Below are positions 1-6,791 of a stretch of DNA of 13,273 bases, piece after piece. Origin of the DNA: an uncultured archaeon (GTDB taxonomy: Archaea > Asgardarchaeota > Lokiarchaeia > Sigyniarchaeales > SOKP01); the NCBI GenBank assembly GCA_964493715.1, contig CAZBPC010000089.1, positions 1 through 13,273 of the forward strand, written 5' to 3'. Below the pieces are notes generated by a model. The model made no database searches. It saw only the letters and a list, made by a program, of their open reading frames with translations, and had not been told where the DNA came from. The number at the start of each line of letters is the position of its first letter. Position 1 is the stretch's first letter. The position numbers were made by a program, and so were the translations under genes.

Positions 1-74
1 AGAAAAAATCAAATATCTAATCTTTTTTTTATTTTTACATAATTTTTATAGATTCGAATTAATTTGTTCACTCT

Positions 75-860
75 ATGAGAAAGGAAAGTTTGAAATCAGT
101 TGAAGTCACGCCAGATAATGAATTAATATTTTATAATTATATTAAAGATAATTTTTCAGAGTACTTATTTTTCCACGTTGATTATGCTCAATATTCAGAA
201 GATACTAAAATTTATATGGTTCTGGATAATAAGGCCAAGATTCATGGAATGTTGCTGAACTGGAAAGATCGAAGAATTCAATTGAGAGGTTCCTTCGAGA
301 GTCTTGAGCTTTTATTAAAGGATAATAATTTCAAGCCCATATCAATAACTGGATTTGAAGAACATAAGGGAATAATAACAAATTATTTTCCAGAATATAC
401 TAAGGAAACTGGGTTGTATCGCATGGGTATGAAAAAAGGGGAACAAAAGAATTTTGAGATGTATTCTTACAATATTTTATCAGATGCCAATAGAGAAGAG
501 ATCGCATCATTCATGAATATATGTGATCCAGAATATTGGGGTTCTGTTAAAACTGAAGACGTCTTGATTGATGATACTAATATTCCAATTGCTATAATTC
601 ATAACAATCAACTAATTTGTTTGACTCGGATTTGGAATTATGAAAATATCGGCTATTTCATGGTAGTAGGAACTCATCCAGATTATAGAAATAAAGGTTA
701 CGCCAGTTCCTTAATTTCCTCAGTATTAAATGGACTTCTGGTTGATAAAAAAGAATGTCTTATCACGGTTAGGGTTAATAATCCACCAGCAATACATACA
801 TATGAGAAGTTGGGTTTTTCAATCCGCAATACTCAATATTCATATGAAAGACCTACCTAA
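75..860 (+). CDS. GNAT family N-acetyltransferase (C-terminal GNAT domain)
   Basis: 261-aa ORF with acetyl-CoA binding motif A (VGTHPDYRNKGYAS) and motif B (VRVNNPPAIHTYEKLGF). Confidence 0.9.
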   Translation: MRKESLKSVEVTPDNELIFYNYIKDNFSEYLFFHVDYAQYSEDTKIYMVLDNKAKIHGMLLNWKDRRIQLRGSFESLELLLKDNNFKPISITGFEEHKGIITNYFPEYTKETGLYRMGMKKGEQKNFEMYSYNILSDANREEIASFMNICDPEYWGSVKTEDVLIDDTNIPIAIIHNNQLICLTRIWNYENIGYFMVVGTHPDYRNKGYASSLISSVLNGLLVDKKECLITVRVNNPPAIHTYEKLGFSIRNTQYSYERPT

Positions 861-998
861 ATATCAAACTCTAGCTTCATATGAGAAAAATTGCTAATTT
901 TATTGCCATTAGTGTAAAAATAATCATACAAAATATTTATTTAACAAAAAATTGAATATGATTAATTACCATTTCAATTAAAAAAAGTGGGATTTTAA

Positions 999-2391
999 AT
1001 GAGTAAAAAAGAATCTAGTACGGGTAAAAAAGCTTTGTTTTATAGTTTTGGCCAGATAAGTGATATCACTGCATATCAGTCATTTATATTACTAACATTC
1101 ACTTTTTATTTTGCGATAGTGGGAATTGAAACATGGTTAATGGTTCTTGGCTTTATACTGTGGTCGATATGGAATGCATTCAACGATCCGATAATGGGTT
1201 ATCTATCCGATAGAACACACACGAAATGGGGCCGACGAATGCCATATATCATCGGTGCATTTATTCCTTTGGCAATAGTGATGCCATTAATATATACACC
1301 CCCCATTTCATACGGAATAACTGGTCAAATCGCGAATTTTTCCTATTTTTTAATAATAATTGTACTATTTGAGCTATTTTATACCATCTTTAGCTTGAAT
1401 TTAACTTCACTCTTCCCTGAAGTTTTCATGACTGAAAAAGAACGGACACAAGCTAACAATATTCGTCAAGTTTTTACAATTATTGGATTAATCGTTGCAT
1501 TTATATTACCAGGATTAATAATTTCATCCTATACTAAACCAAGTTCCTTACCACAATTCCAGCTGTTTGGTATTATTGCAGGAATCATCATAGTTTGCAT
1601 GTTCTCTCATATTTTTAATCTTTGGTCCAAAGGAAAGAACTGAATTTCAGCAAGATTACATGAATGCTTTCAGCTTGTTCAAAACAATAAAAAATTGCTT
1701 TAAAAGTAAATCATTTCGATGGTATATCATCGCTGAGACGTGCGTGTGGTTCGTATATGGCATGCTTCCTACGATCGTGCCATTATATGCGCAAAATGTA
1801 CTGCATGTGGAATCAGGAATCTTAACTTCTGTGCTACTAGCAACTACATTTTTATCTGCGACGCTATTCATTACCTTTCTATGGAAACCTTTAGTGCGAA
1901 AAATTGGGAATAGAAAGGCCTGGATTATATCTTTTATAATCTGGATTTTCGCTCTTTCCGGAACTATGTTTATAAGCGAATTTATTGGAGGGTTAATTGT
2001 CTTCTTTTTGATCGGAATCGGTTTATCGGGATCACTTTTTATTATCGATCTAGTGGTTGCTGATATTGTTGATGAAGATGAGATTGCTACAGGCATGAGA
2101 CGAGAAGCAGGATATTATGGCGTCAATGCGTTCGTTCTTCGATTTTCAAATGTTTTAGTCATTTTAGCTATTGGATTTGTTTTCTCAGGAACTGATTGGA
2201 GTGGAGGATATGTACCCAACCCTGGGATAGACGTGGAAATAGGGTTAAAAATACTAATGTTTGCCCTTCCCGCCATTGCATTAGTAATTGCGGCATTAGC
2301 AATATATAAATATCCATTACATGGAGAAAAACTTCTTAAAGTAAAAGAAAAACGCGAAATAATACATGATCAAAAAAAATCACGAATATAA
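999..2391 (+). pseudogene. GPH/MelB-like MFS sugar:cation symporter, frameshifted by one extra base at about 1594-1596 (pseudogene or sequencing error)
   Basis: ORF 999-1643 has the GPH N-half (WNAFNDPIMGYLSDRTHTKWGRRMPY). ORF 1660-2391 has the C-half (ADIVDEDEIATGMRREAGYYG). Deleting one T in gtttgca joins them as ...IIIV-ACSLIFLIFGPKERTEFQQDY-MNAF..., restoring a membrane helix and the central loop. Confidence 0.85.
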
Positions 2392-2517
2392 TGTGATATT
2401 TTTTTCTCTTTTTTTCTATTTTCTTTATTAAGCTTAGCCGTTCAAGACCTTGGTGAGAGCAAGTAAAAGAATAAAAAGAAATTAACAAAAAAAATTAGTT
2501 TTTACATATTAAATACG

Positions 2518-2556
2518 TTAAAATTCATATCCACACTTTTTACAAACGTGCTTCTT
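2518..2556 (-). repeat. Orphan second copy of the last 12 codons plus stop (KKHVCKKCGYEF*) of the coiled-coil/Zn-ribbon gene; degenerate direct repeat of 3293-3331
   Basis: Minus strand reads AAG AAG CAC GTT TGT AAA AAG TGT GGA TAT GAA TTT TAA, versus AAA AAG CAC GTA TGC AAA AAA TGC GGT TAC GAG TTT TGA at 3331-3293. 30/39 nt are identical and all 9 differences are silent. Confidence 0.95.
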
Positions 2557-3124
2557 AAAAAAATCGAGCAGAATTAAGCCAAATTTCACAATCACAATGA
2601 CCACCATAGTATCGGCAAAATCTCAGAAATTGATCTTGAATTTCTGGGCTTATCCCCATTTTTGTTAGAATTGCTCTAGAAAGAGGGTAAGAGTCGCCAC
2701 CACATTTGATGCCCGAACGCGTTAATCGAGTGATTCCAATGCCCTCACCTCCTTTCAATCGGTTGAAAAATTCTTCAATTTCACTCTTATTCATCTGAAG
2801 TTCATTTCTTAGTTTATCATAATACACGATTTCAGAATTACATTCAATACAGAGCCATTGTCTCATATCAGGACGATATATCATATCTTTATCTCTATGA
2901 CCGCAATGAAGACAGAGACAAATGGACAATTCCTCAAATAGACATAATTCGGATCTATTTCTTAGAATTATTGTAGATCGATCATCATCCCAATTATGTT
3001 TCTCTATTTGTTCGGTTAAAGAACTCCAAATATCATCAATCCACAATTGTAGTATGTTTCTTAATTCATTCCGAATTCTTCTCAGTCGGGGATTCTTAAT
3101 GATAATTGCTCTCTCTTTTTTCAT
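2555..3124 (-). CDS. Cys-rich protein: central CxxC...CxxC zinc finger plus C-terminal DUF2695-like domain
   Basis: 189-aa ORF with CLHC...WLCIEC and a C-terminal C...GGHCDCEIWLN matching the GGxCDCE(V/I)xxN signature I associate with DUF2695. Its TAA overlaps the orphan repeat. Confidence 0.7.
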   Translation of the reverse strand: MKKERAIIIKNPRLRRIRNELRNILQLWIDDIWSSLTEQIEKHNWDDDRSTIILRNRSELCLFEELSICLCLHCGHRDKDMIYRPDMRQWLCIECNSEIVYYDKLRNELQMNKSEIEEFFNRLKGGEGIGITRLTRSGIKCGGDSYPLSRAILTKMGISPEIQDQFLRFCRYYGGHCDCEIWLNSARFF

Positions 3125-3260
3125 GGTATTAATCTTTTAAAAATTTTGCAATCTTTTTTCATCAATATTCAATTTCAATTCTAATACTCTCTTAATATTA
3201 TCAATACTTAATTAAGACTCTCTATAGTAAGTTTAATCAACTTTGATTAAGATTTTTAAT

Positions 3261-3278
3261 AAAAATAGAAAAAAAAAC
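3261..3278 (-). terminator. Oligo-T tract, probable archaeal terminator after the coiled-coil gene
   Basis: A-rich run on + (T-rich on -) starting about 15 nt after the TGA at 3293. A similar tract lies at about 2465-2494 after the orphan tail copy. Confidence 0.45.
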
Positions 3279-3292
3279 AGATTATTATTCTT

Positions 3293-4234
3293 TCAAAACT
3301 CGTAACCGCATTTTTTGCATACGTGCTTTTTGGCATACAGTTCCCAAAATATTAGAAATTAATAGATTTTTGGAATATGCCCCACGTAACTCAAAACTTT
3401 GCCTTTATCTTCAATTTGTTTAATATCATGGCCTACAGCACCACACATGGGGCACGTGGTCCTCTCATCGCTAGCAAAGCCACCCGAACCAATATCAGGG
3501 GGTTTTAATTCACTTAGTTCGGTTTCAACTTCTTCAATGAGAGAAGTCTGGGCTTCAATCAGTTTTTCTTTCTCACCAATAGAACCCGATAAATTCTGAA
3601 TTTCTCCATTTTTTTGTATCAATAAATCATTAAATTCTTGCAGTTGGGATTGAAGATTTGCATTCTCTGATTGAGCAGATTCAAGTTTGCTTGTTAATTC
3701 TTGGATTTTATTTGAAAGTTGACTAACTTGCTCTTGAGATTCTGAACCAAGACTCATGGCGTTATTTAATTCACTTTTCAAATCATCCAAATCAGCAGTT
3801 AGACTAGCATTTTTTTCATTTAAAGCGGATACTTCGCTCTCTTTTGCTGCATAATTTGTTTCCAATTCACTTATTTTCGAATTTGCTCCAGTCAGATTTG
3901 TTTGTAACCCATCCATTTCTGCCGTAATTCTAGCAATCGTTTGCGTTTTACTCTCGATATCTTTCATACTTTGTTCGAGAGAGGATTTAACTGATGCCAA
4001 TTCAGTTTTAACGCCATCCAAAGTAGATTTGGTTGAATTATGCTCGTTAGTTTCCTTATCTAAATTTTTTGTAGTATCTTGGAGCGTTTTTTGTGTTTGA
4101 GTAAGCTCTTTTCGGTGTTCACTTACTTGTTGTTCAAGATCATTAACTTTAGCCCTCAGATCCAGCAAGAATCTGCCTTCAACCTTCTGAGTTTTGTCTG
4201 GTTTGGCTTCTGCGGCGGCCCAATCAATCGACAT
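3293..4234 (-). CDS. Long coiled-coil protein with C-terminal zinc ribbon (CPMC...CKKC), interrupted by a 30-nt putative intron; about 303 aa if spliced
   Basis: Heptad-rich Q/E/K/L/S region, then CPMCGAVGHDIKQIEDKGKVLSYVGHIP. The ORF track stops at TAA 3359-3361, but the same frame continues to YAKKHVCKKCGYEF-TGA (3293), supplying the second CxxC. Likely start is ATG 4234 (MSIDW); GTG 4243 is the alternative. Confidence 0.85.
3340..3369 (-). other. Putative 30-nt BHB-type (tRNA-endonuclease-spliced) intron in a protein-coding gene
   Basis: Insert AAAUCUAUUAAUUUCUAAUAUUUUGGGAAC contains an in-frame UAA. It folds with a 4-bp central helix UUCC/GGGA, 5' bulge AAA, 3' bulge ACUG, flanking exon helix GGCAUA/UAUGCC and an internal hairpin. 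Removal gives CCA A|UG UAU = ...HIPMYAKKHVC. Confidence 0.7.
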
Positions 4235-4429
4235 ATTTTTCACACTCGTAATAGAATATTGTTGATTCTAATTTGATCATTTTGATTAAATAAACAATAA
4301 TTGGATATATATTTAATTTTAATGAAAAAAAAAATTCTGGAGCTTCTTTTTCAAGATAATTTTTATTAGAACTTTAAAAACATAAATTTTGAATAAAACA
4401 ATAAGGCTCTAAAAAAAGATAATTCGCTA

Positions 4430-5080
4430 ATGATAAATCTACAAGCAAATTTTGAAAAAGCATTACAAAAATTACAGAGGATTTTTAAAAATTCGTTTTA
4501 TTCCGCTCACATTATTGATGTTGACGCCTTACCAATCGCTAATTGCATATCTGACGGAACTAAAATCGATCCTGATGAAATATGTGCAAAAGCTTGCTCA
4601 ATAATTTCGGAACTCGATAATATTAATGATAAATTAGTGGGAAAAACGTATGACTCATCATTGATCAAAAATCGAGATTTTATATATCTTCTTTCACAAA
4701 TTCCTGCCGATTTACGGCTTCTCATAATTTTAAGAAACAATGAAAATGATTTTACATTGAACAATGTCAATAAGATAGCGAAAGAATTAGGAGGAATGGT
4801 GGACAGCATAATCCTTGATGAAAATGCTATTTCAGACATTTTTTCTGATTTTGATTTTCTTCCAAAAGATAACCTTCACATATTGAATTCAGAGGATATA
4901 CTTATTAGAAAAATCATTATTGAATTAAAAAGCATTTTAACGCCCTCTAGTTATAAAACCCGATTTATCAAGGAATTTCAAACAAATTCTATTAATATCA
5001 ACAGCAATAACGAGAATTTGCGTTTTATATTACGAATGATGAAGCTTTTAAAAAATAATTACAATTTTCATCTGAGATAG
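4430..5080 (+). CDS. Roadblock/LC7 (MglB-like) domain protein with C-terminal extension
   Basis: N-terminal pattern of helix, SAHIIDVDALPIA, helix DPDEICAKACSII, then beta strands (SSLIK, FIYLLSQ, LRLLIIL) typical of the roadblock fold; recognised by eye only. Confidence 0.6.
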   Translation: MINLQANFEKALQKLQRIFKNSFYSAHIIDVDALPIANCISDGTKIDPDEICAKACSIISELDNINDKLVGKTYDSSLIKNRDFIYLLSQIPADLRLLIILRNNENDFTLNNVNKIAKELGGMVDSIILDENAISDIFSDFDFLPKDNLHILNSEDILIRKIIIELKSILTPSSYKTRFIKEFQTNSININSNNENLRFILRMMKLLKNNYNFHLR

Positions 5081-5201
5081 CTCATTCCTCATAGTTTTCT
5101 AATTTTTAGTTTTATTTCCATAAAGGTATAAAAGATATATATTAAGGGCTGATCATATATTGATATATTGAAGAATAGAGGCATGAAACAAGTTTTTTAT
5201 C

Positions 5202-6044
5202 ATGGAAAGCGAGATTTTAGATAAGAAAGTTCAAATAATATCTACCTCAGGAGTGTATAAAACACCCTTCACGCTGATAATAATATTACAATTATATATA
5301 GGATTGTTAATTACCATTTTTGCGAATTTATGGTATTGGAATAATTTGTATTATTATTTTACGAATCAGATTATATTTCCATTTCCGATAAATGATTCAT
5401 TAATAGAGCGCATATTGTTTATTTGCCTCATACCATTTAATATTTACGGATGTGTCTTTTTATTTGCTTTTTCAATTATTCTCTTCTCGGTTGTCATATT
5501 TAAGATTTTAAATAAATTATCTCCATCAAAGGAAGGAAATTTCTTGCGAGATAGTAAGGAATGGAAATATGTACATAGGAAATTTTGGACTGCGTATTTT
5601 CCTATTTGGTTAGCAAGAGCATTACCCCTACCGTGGGCCGATATTTTTGCGTATAGATTTTTTGGCTTACGTATCGGCAAAAATGTAGTCTTATACGAAG
5701 GATATGTAGATCCTTACTTTATTGAAATAGGAGATTTTACAATGACTTCGTTAAATATATGCATATTTTCTCATTTGATATATCAAGATAGATTGTTTAT
5801 CCAAAAAGTCAAAATTGGTGAAGCATGCGTAGTAGGACCTCAAACAATTGTTGCTCCTGGCACGCAAATGGAAGATAGAGCAATACTAGGCGCAAATAGT
5901 TACACTTCGATTGGTCAAAAATTGGAGAGTGATCTTATACATGTTGGGATCCCAGTTAATATTAAATTACCTTTACAATCAGTTGAAGACTCCCAACAGA
6001 AGGTCTCAAAGATAAAGGATACATCAAAGAAAATGGAGGACTGA
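5202..6044 (+). CDS. Membrane-anchored left-handed beta-helix (hexapeptide repeat) acyltransferase-like protein
   Basis: Two long hydrophobic segments, then FFGLRIGKNVV, IEIGDFT and VKIGEACVVGPQTIVAPGTQMEDRAILGANS hexapeptide repeats. Confidence 0.8.
   Translation: MESEILDKKVQIISTSGVYKTPFTLIIILQLYIGLLITIFANLWYWNNLYYYFTNQIIFPFPINDSLIERILFICLIPFNIYGCVFLFAFSIILFSVVIFKILNKLSPSKEGNFLRDSKEWKYVHRKFWTAYFPIWLARALPLPWADIFAYRFFGLRIGKNVVLYEGYVDPYFIEIGDFTMTSLNICIFSHLIYQDRLFIQKVKIGEACVVGPQTIVAPGTQMEDRAILGANSYTSIGQKLESDLIHVGIPVNIKLPLQSVEDSQQKVSKIKDTSKKMED
6035..6040 (+). promoter_or_regulatory. Shine-Dalgarno-like GGAGGA for the gene at 6048
   Basis: GGAGGA ends 7 nt before ATG 6048, inside the end of the upstream CDS, consistent with translational coupling. 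Confidence 0.5.
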
Positions 6045-6047
6045 CAC

Positions 6048-6782
6048 ATGTTCCAACCTGCCAGCTTGAAAGGTGATTCCCCTACACCAATAGATGAAAA
6101 TGTTAGAAAGAAGTTTATCCCTATATATTTACTAATAATAATTCTAAGTTTTATCCCAGTATCAATTATGGAATATTATTTCATCCTCTTTTTATGGCGT
6201 ACACCATTTTATCTTATATTTGTGTTTCTTTTTCCTTTTAATTTAGTGCTTATGATTTATCTTCTTCAATTTGGTGCAATTTTAGTTTCATTTCTATTCT
6301 TAAAAATAGCAAATTTAATTCTTACTCCAACGGAAGGCATTTTTGAACGTAATCTAAAAGACAAGAATTATTTCTTCTGGAACTTGAGAAATATTATTAA
6401 AAAATGGCCCTTATTCATTATGGCATCAAATCCTTTACCTTGGTTTAAAAACCGATTTACATTGAGATTCTTTGGTGTAAAAATTGGAAAAAATAGCTTG
6501 TGTGATAATACTTGGATTTCTTCGGAATTTGTTAAAATAGGTAAGAATGTCATTTTAGGCATGAATTCAACAATTTTGACATTTGGTATCGAACAAGACA
6601 AATTTATCTTAAAGAGGATTGTTATCGAAGATGATGCTCTTATTGGTGCTAAATGCGTGCTTCTTCCAGGAACAATTATAAAAAAAAAAGTCCAATTAGG
6701 AGCACACTCTTATAGTGATTATAATTCTATTCTTGAAGAAGATAGGTTATATAGAGGACATCCTGCAAAATTAATAGATTAA
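6048..6782 (+). CDS. Membrane-anchored hexapeptide-repeat acyltransferase-like protein (paralogue of the upstream gene)
   Basis: Same architecture: hydrophobic segments, PTEGIF (compare SKEGNF upstream), RFFGVKIGKNS and IVIEDDALIGAKCVLLPGTII...GHPAK. Confidence 0.8.
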   Translation: MFQPASLKGDSPTPIDENVRKKFIPIYLLIIILSFIPVSIMEYYFILFLWRTPFYLIFVFLFPFNLVLMIYLLQFGAILVSFLFLKIANLILTPTEGIFERNLKDKNYFFWNLRNIIKKWPLFIMASNPLPWFKNRFTLRFFGVKIGKNSLCDNTWISSEFVKIGKNVILGMNSTILTFGIEQDKFILKRIVIEDDALIGAKCVLLPGTIIKKKVQLGAHSYSDYNSILEEDRLYRGHPAKLID

Positions 6783-6791
6783 ACAATTATT

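Noticed and set aside
2430-2463. Short GC-richer patch in the AT-rich spacer between convergent genes
   Set aside because: I could not identify a convincing hairpin, repeat partner, IS end or RNA motif.
2564-3322. A second, large BHB intron enclosing the DUF2695-like gene (AGCA/UGCU helix with CGU and CGA bulges) that joins to the orphan tail
   Set aside because: Pairing is short and A/U-rich with no inner helix. The product would be in frame but duplicate KKH (KKHDFFKKHVC), so it is probably chance.
3359-3361. Selenocysteine or pyrrolysine readthrough of the internal stop in the coiled-coil gene
   Set aside because: The codon is UAA, not UGA or UAG, and readthrough would leave a hydrophobic 10-residue insert within the Zn ribbon.
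1656-5680. Antisense ORFs 1656-2096, 2922-3140, 3399-3599, 4079-4276, 4507-4839 and 5444-5680
   Set aside because: Shadow frames opposite well-supported genes, with no recognisable motifs.
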